Source: the human T2T-CHM13v2.0 reference genome, Homo sapiens. From it: a stretch of DNA of 64,000 bases. A program made the position numbers and the translations under genes. This document shows, in pieces, positions 1 through 31,850 of the stretch (its first letter is position 1; each line of letters starts with the position of its first letter). The DNA lies in assembly GCF_009914755.1 (NCBI RefSeq), contig NC_060925.1, one strand, 5' to 3'. The notes below the pieces were generated by a model that was not told where the DNA came from, did no database searches, and saw nothing but the letters and a program-made list of their open reading frames with translations.

Positions 1-409
1 GGCGGAAGCAGCAGTCCTGAGATGTGACTATTAATACACCAACTTAAGTGAGGAGAGAGACCTAGCAATCACAACTACATGTGAGACAAGGAGTGGAATT
101 ATGGAGCAAATTGCCATGCAATTCCATATGAACTACTCAATAGCCAGCTGTAACAAGAATTCATTCCTGAAAAAGTGTCACACACATATCTGTCACTAAT
201 GGCCAAGCCACCAGCAACTGACTAAGAGTCAGCAGCAAAGGGCAGCTGTACATCTACTTCCTCTCACAACATTCAGTCAGCACTCAAAGCATGAGACTTA
301 CAAGCTAAAGTCCTTGAGCAGAGGGAAAAATAAGTATCTGTTCTTTCCTTTCTAACCTCAGTTTACCAGGAAGTTGCCAAAGCCCTAAAAATCTAGTAAG
401 CAGTGGGGC

Positions 410-615
410 AGAGCAAGAGCATGAACATTAAGAGACACAGGTGTGGGTTTCACTCCACCACTGCCACATTTTATAGCTTTGGAACCTTGGCAAGCAGTCT
501 CTCAGTCTATTTCCTAGCCTGTTAAATCATTATCATGACCCCTTGTCTGTAAAGTTGTTGTGAAGAAAAATGAAATAATGCATGTATAAAACGTTTAGCA
601 CAGTGCCTAGCACAG
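410..615 (+). mobile_element. MIR SINE
   Basis: ACCTTGGCAAG...GTTGTTGTGAAGA..AAATGAAATAATGCATGTA...TTAGCACAGTGCCTAGCACAG. Confidence 0.8.
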
Positions 616-630
616 AATAATTAAAACAAC

Positions 631-688
631 AGTAGTAGTAATAGTAGTATCATGGTAGTAGTGGTGGTGGTAGTAGTAGTAGCAGTAG
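631..688. repeat. Imperfect (TAG/TGG)n trinucleotide microsatellite
   Basis: agtagtagtaatagtagtatcatggtagtagtggtggtggtagtagtagtagcagtag. Confidence 0.9.
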
Positions 689-1047
689 AATGATTGACAT
701 CTATCTAGCACATGCCCTGTTCTAAATGTTTATATATGGTTCTCTTAAGCATTATACAATACTGTCTTAATAAGCTTCAGGTCGTATTAATGGTTAACTA
801 CTAATTATAGTGCTGTTATCAATCACTGAATATTTATCAAGAAGACACTAAAAGACACAAAGAAGTATAAAATCTCTTCCCTTGACTCCAGGAGCTTATA
901 ATTTAGTTCAGAGAGAGAGAAAACCACAGTTAAGTAACAATATAGCAAATAAATAGAAGTTCAATTATGACAATAGAAAGGATGAAAAGATCACTGTGAA
1001 CTGAAGGGACTGAACAGACTCCTTGGAACCTTAAAGATCTGAACTGG

Positions 1048-1865
1048 GGCTGGGTGCAGTGGCTCATGCCTGTAATCCCAGCACTTTGGGAGGCCGAGGT
1101 GGAGGATCACTTCAGCCTAGGAGGTCAAGATTAGCCTGGGCAACATGGTGAGACCTTGTCTCTACAAAAAAAATTAAAAGTTAGCCAGGTGTAGTGGTAC
1201 ACACCTGTAGTCCCATCTACTTGAGAAGCTGAGGCAGGAGAATCACTTTAACGCGGGACGTTGAAGCTGCAATGAGCCAAGATCCATGCCACTGCCCTCC
1301 AGCCTTTGAGACAGAATGAGACTCTGTCTCAAAAAAACAAAAGTAAACAAAACAAAACCCAAAACCTAGTATCTGAACTGGATAGAATTTGGATGTAAAA
1401 AAACAGACGGAAAGGTTTTTCAAGGAGAGCTAATATGATAAACAGAAGTCTTGAACTTTACCACTAGTATTTATGGAAAAGTCACAATTCCAATGGGTTT
1501 CTACCATATTTCATCAAATTTAGGATGCCACTGATTGAAAGAGGCATTACGATTCAAGAGATGTTAAAATGGGGTGGGTATGGTGGCTCATGCCTATAAT
1601 CCCAGCACCTTGGGAGGCCAAGGAGAGTGGATCGCTTGAGCTCACGCTTTTTAGACCAGTCTAGGCAATGTGGAGAAATCCCGTCTACAAAAAATACAAA
1701 AATTAGCTGAATGCAGTGGCGCACAGCTGTAGTCTCAGCTACTCAGGAGGCTGATATGGGAGGATCACTTTAGCCCAGGAGGTCGAGGCTGCAGTGAGCA
1801 GTGATCACACCACTGCACTCCAGCCTGGTGACAGAGTGAGACCCTGTCTTAAAAAAAAAAAAAAG
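1048..1865 (+). mobile_element. Two old full-length Alus (AluJ-like; about 1048-1345 and 1573-1865)
   Basis: Dimeric Alu structure, GAGCCCAGGAG/GAGGCTGCAG J-type positions, A tails. Confidence 0.9.
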
Positions 1866-2114
1866 CGATGTTAAAATGTGAGGAAAAAATGTATACCTGA
1901 GTCAATGAAATATAAACATATTATTTTAGAGACAAGGTCTCATCATGTTACCTAGGCTGAAATTTAGTGGCTATTCACAGGCACAATCATAGTGCACTAA
2001 AGCCATGAACTCCTGAGCTCAAGCAATCCTCCAGCCTCAGAAGGTGGACACGGTGGTCTTTAAAAAATCTCTCTAACACTAAAATGCATTCTATAACTCA
2101 GACTTACAAGAGAA

Positions 2115-3470
<1,356 letters not shown>

Positions 3471-3594
3471 TCAATATAACCAGCCTGGGCAACATAGAAA
3501 GACCCTATCTTTACAAAAAAATTTTAAAATATGCTGGATCCCATAAACATATACAACTACTATGTACCTACCAAAGTTAAAAACTAAAAATAAA

Positions 3595-4960
<1,366 letters not shown>

Positions 4961-5109
4961 TAATATAGCTTGGTAAATCCAGAAGAATGTTCAGACAAAG
5001 AAAGCAAGGATTTCTTGAGCCACTAGCTATATGACCTTAGGGTAGTTAATCTCTCTGAGCCTCATCCGTAAAATGGGGAAAATACAAACTACCTTATACT
5101 ATAGTTGTA

Positions 5110-5707
5110 TTTATTTATTTATTTAGAGACAGAGTTTTGCTCTTTTGCCCCGGCTGGAGTGCAGGGGGGGGTGATCTCAGCTCACTGCAACCTCCACCTT
5201 CTGGGTTCAAGTGATTCTCCTGCCTCAGCCTCATGAGTAGCTGGGATTACAGGCACCCACCACCACACCTGGCTAATTTTTGTATTTTTAGTAGATACGG
5301 CGTTTCATCATGTTGGCCAGGCTGGTCTCGAACTCCTGACCTTGTGATCTGCCCGCCTCAGCCTCTCAAAGTCCTGGGATTACAGGCATGAGCCACCGCG
5401 CCTGGCCTTAGTTGTTTTTATTTTTTTGAGACAGGGTCTGGCTCAGTCACTCACGCTGCAGTGCAGTGGTGTGAATGTGACTCATGCAGCTTCAGTCTCC
5501 TGGGCTCAAGCAATCCTCCCACCTCAGCCTCCAGAGTAGCTGGGGCTAGAAGCGTGCAGCACCATGCTCAGCTAATGTTTTCACTTTTTGTAGGAACAGG
5601 GTCTTACTATGTTGCCCTGGTTGGTCTCAAACTCCTGAATTCAAGTGATCCTCCCACCTCAGCCTTCCAAAGAGCTGGGATTACAGGCGTAAACCACCAT
5701 GGCCAAC
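5110..5707 (-). mobile_element. Two minus-strand Alus inserted in a MIR
   Basis: T-rich tails at about 5110 and 5420; MIR pieces at 5020-5105 and 5710-5800. Confidence 0.85.
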
Positions 5708-7844
5708 CTAGGATAGTTCTAAGAATAAGATGTGATAACATATGTAAGCATTCCAGAGGGGTACCCAGCACCCAGTAGGTATTCAGTAACTGATAGCTCT
5801 CATTATTACTAACTCGAAGGAATGGCGAGTTTATATGGACCTACCTCCTAGTAATGAAATAATCTAAAGACAGCAGGTCAAATTAAACAACAAAGAGCAT
5901 TACACAAAGGTGTTCCTAAATGGTCCTCTTTTATTTGGTTTCAGTGGAGGCCAAGAAGTAGGTGGGCCTCTTACCTTCTGAGACAGGCTCTTCAGGAACA
6001 TGGAGACAAATACTGAAAAAGATGGATGGCCTCTGCTTACATTATACCTATTTTAAGGATTACAACAAAGGGTATCAGTCTTCCCAATCACAGTCAAGAG
6101 TCAATCCAGTATTTTCACTTTAAGTACTTTGAAGGCAATACATTCTTCAAGAGACTATTATCTGGATTGTGGTATTTCTTTATAAAAACACACAAACAAT
6201 CTTTCATCTTAAAAGCCCGAGGTGAGTGTCACCACTTCTAAGAAGCCTTCCCTGAATCTTCCAGTCTAAAGTCATTTTCCTCCCTCCAAGTGCCAATGAG
6301 GTATGCTGAACCTCTTTTATAGCAGTCACTACAGTCTATTTTATAGCACAGATTTTTGGTGTATACAACTCTTTGAGTACAGGAATTGAAAAACAAAATA
6401 TCTTTAAACCTAACATAAAGCAGTAGTAGCAACAGCAACTATCTGGAGACAAAGTAGGATTCTTAAAATTTCTTTTCATCCTACAGTGTCTGCTCAATAA
6501 ATACCTGTTAAATTCCTAAAATGTACCAGATATTTATTCACATTTTCTTGAATATTTCTAGTCCTCCAATTTTCCAAGGTAAGTAGTAATATTTTGATTT
6601 TACAGATCAGAAAACTAAAACCCAGAGTGATTCATAACTTTATGAAAGTCACACAGACAGACAGCTTTCAAACCCAGGTCCAACTGTGTCCAAACTTCAT
6701 GTTCTTTCCATGACACCACACTGACTCTATGCAAAACACCCAAACTAAGAAGTTAGACAAATACGCCCATAGTTCTCATCTTTGTACACAAGTGCCATCA
6801 AATTCCAGACTAGTTTATCTCCCATGGAAAAAAGACTGCATGCTAACACAAGAAAGCATTCCTATTTACCCTAAAACTGAAATGGTGTTAATGAGTATAA
6901 CATACTGCTTTCTCCCTCTCTGCGCCCAATTTTAGCCAGATGCTCAGGGGCTTCACTTCTTTCCTTTAAACAACATAAACACAGGCTTATTTAAAATCCC
7001 AGCCTCAGATAACATGTGCAGATGCTACTGCTTTTCAAACTCCTGTTTTCAAACAGCTAGGCATTAGGGGTTCCAACACTTCTGACGGGTTACTTTTATC
7101 TACAGGGTCCCTGAGAATCGCTTTAAGTTTCATTCTCTGTTTAGCTCATCAAATCTTCTCATCAGGGACTTTTTTTTTTTTTTTAAAGCACCTAATCTTC
7201 CATCTTCTTTTACAATGAACTAAAACACTCCTATGGGTAATTCTTAATCTGTGTATGTATATTTTAATATAATATTCTTCTCTTTTTCTAAAAAGCACAG
7301 TTGTTTTTCCTATTTAGCCCAAACTAAGATAATTATATCAGAAGTGAGTTTTCTCCCATCTCTTTCTGCATATAGGAAATACTGAAAAGATAAGTCTTTT
7401 TTAATTATTAAATGTAAATAGCTCATTAAATATAATCCAATTACTTTAATCGTAAAAAGTAATTACAATATGTACATGTATTCTTTACTAGATTTAATAT
7501 CTTAATCTTTTCAGCATTAATATTTTAAATTAACCTTTGACATTAGAAAAATGCAAGAAACTGGTATCTCTTTCAATATATATATAAAGCTGTTCTTTAT
7601 GGATCTTTGTTGTGATTTCACCCACAAACAATTTTACAGGGACCGCAAAGAGGGGCAATTAAATACCACCTGCCCAAACTGAACTGGTATTTCTTGTCTG
7701 CTATAAATCATGTTAAAGGGTCTGTTTTAAATTCTAATGCTTTAGTGGGACAAGAAGCCTAGAGATGAATTCTATAGCATTCCAAAAATCACAAAAGCTT
7801 CACTTGTAAAGACAACTCCAAGACAAAATTTGTTAGAAGAAACG

Positions 7845-8165
<321 letters not shown>

Positions 8166-9868
8166 TTACCTAATTGCTATTCTGTTACTATCAATCATAG
8201 TTCCCTGGGACCACCCGTGAGCATTCTTCTTGCTCTCTGGTCTCTAGCCCCTGGAGTATGCTGTTATAACATTTTCCCTCAGTGGCCTTCTGGTTCTTCC
8301 ATTTTTATTTTCTTGGTGACCAATGGTAAATAAATTGCATAGCTAAATCTCTATCAACTGCCTTGAAAATGGGCTTTGACACAGTATATACACTGAAGAA
8401 TGTCTTCCAGAATGCAGGGAAGAAGCTTATATAAATGAAAAATTAAGAAGATGGAGTTTTCCTACCAAAATCTATTAATGAGTATTATTTTAAGATATGA
8501 GTATTTAGAAAAATAAAATTATATTTACATTAACACAGAACTTTTTCCAAAATTCAGAAATGGCAAGAGCGGCATGAATAGATAAGCTGTGAAGGTATCA
8601 ATGGGCCATGTTTGTACAGCAGTTTCCCTCCAAATTAGAACAGTTCTATTTAAAGTACTAAGACATATCATGTGTTTTCAGCAACTCTCAAGGATTTCAA
8701 TGAAATAGATTTTTCCCATTCAGATCTTGTATTAATGAGCCAAAGGTGTACCTCTGCCTCACTGATACCATTTGGCAAAACAAATTAATGAAATGGATGA
8801 GGCTGGCTGTGATTAATTCCTTTGGTTGTTCAGATTGTAGCTATGTTGCAGCAGCTCCTGACTATGTAAGGCACTGGTTTCTGCAGTCATCCAGCCTAAC
8901 TATGGAAAGTTATTTTGTGGTCCGAAAAGACAGTGACATGGGTTGCTGTGGGTTCCCTCATCTCAAACACTAATGGATTCCGAACAGTCACGAAAGTTTA
9001 GCTGAAGGAATGGAGCCTGATACCTGATGATGATCACAGTGCTCCAGAAGGACAGCACCATTAAAAGAAAATAAGAAGTAATTTCATAGGTAAAAGGTAC
9101 ACAAGCAGCTAAAACTAAGTCTCTTGCAAAATTTAAATGATTCAAGTTTCATCTTGATAACACTGGTATTTTGTACAAAATATATCTTATTAGGCCAGCC
9201 CTTGAAAGTTAAAAAGGTGTCTTTAAATGCCTACTGACCTAAAATTGCCATGTTCCATGCTTTAAAGGGATTGATTTTCTAGAGAAGGACAATATGATGT
9301 CAGATTCTGTTCAAGGGAGATCAGAATACTATTTGGTGAACCTGTTCTGCACCTGTGGAAGTAAAAGAATAAGACTGGCTCACACACCCCGCGGGAGGAT
9401 GGTATTTATATGGGCTCTCCCTCTGACCTCTTGGCAGCAAATGTAAGAAAGTCCTTTTTTGAGCCTTAGGGGCGGGCCCAGGACTTTCAACTACCCATTC
9501 AAACAGGGTTACAATTCCCCTCCTCCACAATTAAGTTCCTTTCCTATTCTCCATGCATGCATGAATTGCAGTGACATTGACATGGGGGCTTGACATTAGT
9601 CTTTGAAGGTCATTTAAATCATCCTCCTTCCAAACTGCCTTAAAAGCAGTGTATCATCCATTCCACAATGTCTGAGTGTAGGGTTTGACTAGATCGTACT
9701 CAAAGCAGAATCACCTGAAGAATAAAGAGAGTTCCAAATTTGGGTATCATAAAAAGAACAAATCAAAGAAATAAAAAGTGATGAAACTCAGTTACTCAAA
9801 AGACAATAGTAAAACACTAACACCGAACATTGGACAAATGGAAACACTTCTACTGACAATCCAGTTTA

Positions 9869-12390
<2,522 letters not shown>

Positions 12391-12429
12391 CATACATATA
12401 TATTGTCTTTGTATAAAGTAATATACAAT

Positions 12430-12990
12430 TATTTGTTCATTCAGTGAAACTTATATACCAGGCACTGTGCCACACACTTAGGATATTAATTTAATACTTC
12501 CTCTGCCCTCACAGAGCTTGCAAGCTCCTGGAGATATAAATAAAGGGGACAATAATACTCTGGTAAGTGTGACTACAAATGTTAAGTTCAAGGTATAATG
12601 GAAGTATCCAGCTCAAGTTGGGGCAAAGAGGGGCAGTCAGTTAAGAAAAGGTGTCTTAAAGGACAAATAAAGCTAGTTAAGAACTTCCAGGTGGAGGGAG
12701 TAGCATATGCAGAGGCAAAAACAGTGTTCCAGGAACAGTAAATGGCTTATGTGGCTGAAGTGCAGGAAGTCATGAGTGATGAGACTAATAAGGCAGACAA
12801 AAGCTGAGGCACAGAGAGCCTTGTATGCCGGGCTACAGCACTTAACAGAGTGTGCTAAAAGCTATAGGGAGCTATTTAAGATTGAGGCCAGAGAGTGACA
12901 TGATCAGATTTGCATTTAGAAAGCTCTCTCTGGCAGCAGTATGGAGAATGTACTACATGAGGGAGTGAAAGACTAAGGCAGAAGTCCAAG
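12430..12990 (-). mobile_element. L2 LINE 3' fragment
   Basis: TTCATTCA..CCAGGCACTGTGC..CTGCCCTCACAGAGCTT...GAGAGTGACATGATCAGATTTGCATTTAGAAAG..CTCTGGCAGCAGTATGGAGAATG. Confidence 0.8.
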
Positions 12991-13111
12991 TGGAAGCATT
13001 TCTAATTGACAGAATCTACAGAACAGGAGAGTTGCAAAACAGGATGCTACAAAGTGTGCTATACTGGGTTTGAAAGACCAGGTACACTTTCTTCCTTGAA
13101 CAATTAAATTA

Positions 13112-13397
13112 CAGTAGTCACCCCTTATCCTCAGAACATAGTTCCAATACCCTCAGATGACGCCTAAAACTGCAGATAGTACTGAGGTGTATTTTTTTCT
13201 ATACATACATATGATAAAGTTTAATTTATAAATTAGGCACAGTAAGACATTAAGAACAGTAATAGAACAATTACAGTAATATTAGTAAAAGTTAAGTGAA
13301 TGTGGTCTCTCAAAACATCTTACTGCACTGTATTCACCTGTTTTTGAACCAGAGTGGAACACAGGTAATTGAAACTGGATAAGGCAGGAGACCACTG
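13112..13397 (-). mobile_element. MER44A (TcMar-Tigger MITE), near full length
   Basis: TIRs CAGTAGTCACCCCTTATCC / GGATAAGGCAGGAGACCACTG flanked by TA on both sides. Confidence 0.85.
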
Positions 13398-13622
13398 TAT
13401 TTAATTTCTCTGAGCCTCAGTTTTTACTTTTTGAAAAATGTGTTTATTTGCAAAAGAAGAACTAGGGAGAACACTAGGCTAGATCAAGTGTCAGCAATCT
13501 TTTCTTAATGCTTTAAAATTATTTAGAGATATAGTTTTTAAAAAAATAGGCCAGACGCAGGCTGCGCGCCGTGGCTCACGCCTGTAATCCCAACACTTTG
13601 GGAGACCAAGGAGGGTGGATCA

Positions 13623-14966
<1,344 letters not shown>

Positions 14967-15416
14967 CTAGCACTTTGGGAGGCCAAGGCAGAAGGATCAT
15001 GAAGTCAGGAGATTAAGACCAGCCTGGCCAACATGGCAAAACCCAGTCTCTATTAAAAATACAAAAACTAGCCAGGCATGGTGGCACATGCCTGTAATCC
15101 CAGCTACTGGGGGGCTAAGGCAGAAGGATGCTTGAACCTGGGAGGCAGAGGTTGCAGTGAGCTGGGATCACGCCACTGCACTCCAGCCTGGGCAACAGAC
15201 CAAGACTCTGTCTCAAAAAAACAAAAAAGAATATTACTATTAGCCTTAAAGCCCCCTGCATACTCTCCCAAAGCCATCTCCTTTCCTTATCCTGAAATAA
15301 CTATCTTAAATGTGTGACGTGTGTTTACCATTTCCTTTACTTTATAGTTTTATCACATTTCTATCTCTACATGTTATATTGTTTAGTGTCACATTCTAGA
15401 ACTTCATATGACTCTA

Positions 15417-15463
15417 ATATATATACATATATATGTGTATATATATGTGTGTATATATATATA

Positions 15464-15498
<35 letters not shown>
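15417..15498. repeat. (TA)n/(TG)n compound microsatellite at the tail of a minus-strand Alu
   Basis: atatatatacatatatatgtgtatatatatgtgtg...tatatatatatata followed by a T run. Confidence 0.95.
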
Positions 15499-15514
<16 letters not shown>

Positions 15515-16029
15515 AAAGATACAGGGTCTTACTTTGTTGTCCAGACTGGAATGCAGTGCATGATCACTCTTTGTAACCTGTAACTCCTGGGCTCAGGCAA
15601 TCCTCCTACTTCAGCCTCCTGAGTAGCTGGGACCACAAGCGTGTGCCACCATGCCCAACTAATTTTTTTTTTTTTTGAGACTGTTTTCCTGTTGTTCACG
15701 GTGAAGTGCAGTGGTGCAATTACAGATCACTGCAGCCTCAAACTCCTGGGCTCAAGAGATCCTCCCAAGTAGCTGGGACCACAGGCAGGCACCACCAATG
15801 CCCAGCTAGTTTTTAAATTTTTTGTAGAGACAGGGTCTTCTTACGTTGTCCAGGGTGGTCTCGAACTACTGGGCTCAAGGGATCCTCCCGCCTTGGCCTC
15901 CCAAAAGGCTGGGATTACAGGCATGAACTACTGCGCCCAGCCACTTTTAAAATTTTTTTGTAGAGACAGTGTCTCACTATATTGCCCAGGTTGGTCTTGA
16001 CCTGATTTTTTTATTTCTAATATTAACGT

Positions 16030-16525
16030 ATATACCCTTCTGCAACTTTTTGTTCTTGAGATTAGTTTATGTTGCTATAGCTGCGATTTACTTTTTCACT
16101 GCTATATAGTATTCTATTGTAGGAACATATCATGATTAACTTATCCAATCTCAAGTTGATCGACATTGGGATTTTTTCTCCAGTTTGAATTTTCTGTTAG
16201 TTTGTTTTGCTATTGTCAACAGTGTTGCTATGGATGTTTTTGTACATGTCTCCTGGTCCACATATGTAAAGTTCTTTAGGGTAAATACCCAGGAGTGGAA
16301 TTTCTGGGTCACAGGGCATGTACATCTTTAATTATGAGACAATACCAAATTGTTTTTCCAAAATGGTTGTGCTCATTTACACTTCTGCTTGCAGAGTTCT
16401 AGTTGCTTCACATCCTTCCCAACATTTTTTGTCAGACTTTAATTTTTACCAATCTGATGAACATAAAACCAATATATCACTGCAGTTTTAATTTGCATTC
16501 CTCCGATTACTGATGAGGCTGAGCA
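16030..16525 (-). mobile_element. Old L1M ORF2/3' fragment
   Basis: GGGTAAATACCCAGGAGTGGAATTTCTGGGTCA, TTTTAATTTGCATTCCTC.GATTACTGATGAGGCTGAGCA (antisense L1). Confidence 0.8.
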
Positions 16526-17344
16526 CCCCACCCCTTTTCATAGGAAGGAGTTACTTTTTGTTTTTCCAAAACACTGAGATCAAGCTCTCTCCATGAAAGT
16601 CTGGAATGGCTAGAGTATGTGCCAGCAGCTGCCTCCTAATAATTAACCAGATGAAGTCTGGTCTCTTTCAGCACTAAGGTAAAACTGTATGACCAAATCT
16701 CTGGCATATATCAACACATGACATAGCAGGAAACCTGAAAATTTTTATCTGAGAATTGGGGGTGGGTTAGGGATGTGAGAAGGGCCGAGACTGAGAAAAA
16801 TCAGACTAGGAATGATCAGAGAGAATGTGTTATTTAAGGCCCTTCACTAACTGACACGAACATACTTGTTTAGCCTCATCTCTGGCCACACCTTTCCAAT
16901 GCTCTAGCCTGCAGCCACTCACTGCTCACCACAGAAGCCCTGCACTCCAATGTCTCTGTGATTTCACTCAAGACATTTGCCACTTCCTGGATTACTTACC
17001 TTTTTGTTTTTTTCCTGCTTCTTAGAATGTGATTAACGCTTCCCGGCCCAGTTCAAGTGTAATTGCTTCCATGAAGCTATCCTGACCCCATTCCCCAGAA
17101 AAAATTAATCAAGCTTTCATCTACTCCAAGAGAACTCTATTATTACTTTATTATAGAATCCATCCCATATTACAGTTGGAACATGAAGACTGTGAGCTCT
17201 TTGAGGGAAGGTACTATCTTTTAAATCCTGTGGTGCTAAGCAGCCCTTCTGTCACTCATCAAATCTTCATAAAATTCCTGATAAATGGACAGAAAGATGA
17301 ACATAAATCTACTGGGAAACAAATCTCTAAACAGTGAAAAGGTT

Positions 17345-20755
<3,411 letters not shown>

Positions 20756-22158
20756 CACATTCATAAATCTGACATAAATAAAACATCTATCCTTTTAAAT
20801 ATAGGAATTCACTGAATTTAAAGAAAACAGCCACCAAGAATAGGAAATTTAAACAGCTTTGAACTATAAAATATACATTATTTTTAAAAAATAAAAATGT
20901 AATCAAGACTATTATTACTATAAAAGTACATCTCATAATTTAAGGGGAAAGTCATTTTAGTGGTTTAAAAAAAACTTATGTTCACATGTGTTTTATCCAT
21001 TCTTCCTCCAAACTTTATACCACAGTAGTTAACTGGTAGGAAGGCTATCTGATATAAATTTCAGTGTCCTTGCCTGTCCCACCCCCTATCACCCTAGTGG
21101 ATACATACTTGGTTAAATACATACTGTATAAGGAAGCAAAAAGGTAGTTTGATCTTTAAAAATCCACAATAGATTATATTAGAATAATTTTGAAAGTTTA
21201 GCGATTTGACTACAAATACTAGCCCTCTATCAATGAAGGACAACCTCTAATTGGACGCAGCTTCAGAACAGTGTTACTGCAAATAAGTATAACAGATCAA
21301 TGAGATAACACATATGCTTTGATTCTAGACTGGTATAATCCTTTTTAACAAACATTAACACAGCCTCTAGTACCATACAATAAGGTTATTTCCAAGTATC
21401 TATAGGAAGTTGATGACAGTAATATTTCTCTGCCAGTCCAGTAATGCAGATGCATTTACCAGCTCCTCTCCTTGTAGAAATCATGTTAATAAAGATATTT
21501 TGGGATTTATGGTTTTAAATGCCAATTTTTTTTTTAATGGGACAAGTGTTATAGAAATTCCTGCTGGTATTTTTCAGACTTGGAGGAAATGAAGTTTGAC
21601 AAAAAATATTTCCTGAGTGGTCTGGAGGGAAGTAAAAGAATTAGCAAAATCGAGAGAATATGAAAATGAATCAGGTAAAGGCCTGAGTTCTGTTGGCGAA
21701 AGAAAAAATGCACTTGTATTATGTAAATAAGAATCCATGGTAAACAAGATTCAATTATAATGAAGCAATTATCATGTCCTGTCACATTTGTGAAAACTAA
21801 ACTCTGCCAAGAGGTATCCTTTCAGGGTGTCCATTCACCTTGGTTTACATCAATCATCCCAGAGTGATTATTAAAAGTATTTTCTCTCACTCTTAAAAGT
21901 GAACCAGTTTACACATTATATGATCACCCTATCCTTGAAGAACCAGGAGGCAGAGCTATTAACATAGCCCCATGTTCAGCGTCCAATCATAGTCCCATAG
22001 CCAAAATGGAGTACAGATATACCTCATTTATCTAACACTGTGAATAGAGCAAAATAGTCCTATAATTCAGAACATGAATTCTGAAACCAAATGACCTGGG
22101 TTCAAATCTCAGCTCTGCTAAATATACTCTTCAGCTGTATAACCTTAGAAAAGTTTTT

Positions 22159-26307
<4,149 letters not shown>

Positions 26308-27109
26308 CTTTACTTTTATTTTTTATTTCCGAAAGCAGCAGGAGAAAAACAGCTTACTTTTAAAGACGCAAGGAAACACATTCTGACTGGCTGAGACTGC
26401 CAGATGTCTGACTTTCAGATGCTGTTCCTCTTTACTTCTCAAATATCTTTCTAAAATTCTCTGAACGCTACAGCCACACTTTATTAATATAGACTCCACA
26501 CATGAAAGTTGAGATATATTCAGAACTGAGCTGAAGTTTACCTCTGCACTCTAATAAAGACTAAGAAAACAGTGTAAATAAGATTGCAGGGAGAAATGTT
26601 TAATGAGCTGTTTTTAAGCATTTCAAGTCTAATTTACATACAATTAAAGTTAATTTGCACACCATTCTCAGCTATTCATTAAACCAGGTACAAGGATCTC
26701 TATCTAACAAAATAACCTGGTAACACTATTAGCCTAGTTTCAATTACTGTATGAACTCAAAGTAACAGCTGCATCTAAAGAAAAATAACCTACAACACTC
26801 TCACTAGGTTTTCCCCCAATTAGCCCAAATTAATGAGGTTTAATACTACCTCCATGATGACCCACAAAACCTATCTTCCCCTGATGACCCCTACAGTATA
26901 AGCTAAAATGTAGTTAAACCACCTGTCCTAGAGACTAGGCAGAGGAAGCAAGACAAAATGGCAATGGCTAAGGAAGGCTACGGTTCTAGGGCAGATTACG
27001 GTACTAAATCTGTGCTACCTTAGTTAAATCACTCAACTTCTCTTGCCTTCAGCTGCCTCTTTTACAAAATGAGGGAGCTAATAATGTGGTCTCTAAACAC
27101 AATATCGCA

Positions 27110-30640
<3,531 letters not shown>

Positions 30641-30799
30641 TTTTCTAAAGAACGAGATGAGCAGACAAGTTTATCTATAAAAACTTCTTGTAGCTTTTGA
30701 ATCTACAAAAATGTATGAAAATAAGTCACAGAGTTGGCTAATACTTCAAGAGATCATTCGATCTAGTGTACCGCCTCCAGGACACACTACAACATTATC

Positions 30800-31850
30800 A
30801 CATTCAGCAAATATTTATTGAGTAACTATTGAGCACAAAGGCGCTAACATTGTAGAAGATGCACAGAAATACAAGAACCAGTTTCTGTTTCAGGACTTTA
30901 GTCATATAGGAGAAATCAGAAAAGTACCTAAACATAAAACAAGGTAAAAAGTGATGAAGTTGACCAAGCGCAGTGGCTCATGTCTGTAATCCCAGCACTT
31001 CGGGAGGCCAAGGCTGGCAGATCACCTGAGGTCAGGAATTAGAGACCAGCCTGGCCAACATGGTGAAACCCCATCTCTACTAAAAATACAAAAATTAGCC
31101 AGGTGTGGTGGTGTGCACCTGTAGTCCCAGCTACTCGGGAGGCTGAGGCAGGAGAATCACTTGATCCCGAGAGGCAGAAAGGTTGCAGTGAGCAGAGATC
31201 GCACCACCACACTCCAGAGTGGGCGACAGAATGAGACTCTGTGTCAAAAAAAAAAAGGTGAAGTTACGGTTTAAGTATCATAAGCAAGGTAGTTTTTAAG
31301 TATATCAGAAGCCATCATAGAAGAGTGTCATATAACTGGGCATGAAAAATAGGCAGGATTTGGACATGTAGTGACAGGGAGTATTATATCTGAAGTGTAC
31401 AGACAGTGTCAGCAGAAGCACAAAGGCAGAATATAATGAAACATTTTTGGGAAATGAAGATGAGCGCATTATTGCGCCTGTAGTGGGAAACAGAGCTGGA
31501 AAGACAAGTAGGGGCTAGACCACAGAATCTTAAATATCAGGCTGAGTTTGTACTTTAGTCAATAAGCATTGGGAGTCACACATTTGGAGTTCTAGATGAT
31601 AGAATATTTAGGAAGAAACTATACACCTCACCTAAGTTTAGTAGAAAAGAATGGAGCTGGGGAGGGGGATGAAAATAAGGATAAATAATCAAGGCAAAAG
31701 GTAACACAGGACCTAAAATGCAGTAGTGGGAGGAAAAGACAGGGAGGGATCTGAGAGTGTCTGGGCATGAAAACAAGCAGGAGTTGAGAAGTCAACAGTA
31801 ACTAAGATTTTACAACTGGATGAACTGGGAGAATGGTGGGGCCAATGTTT
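30800..31850 (-). mobile_element. L2 fragment interrupted by an AluS (30961-31257)
   Basis: CATTCAGCAAATATTTATTGAG is the antisense L2 3' end; L2-like purine-rich body follows. Confidence 0.7.

Noticed and set aside
16994-17002. Perfect minus-strand donor AAG|GTAAGT
   Set aside because: Lies in L2-like sequence with no convincing acceptor at normal exon distance; expected by chance
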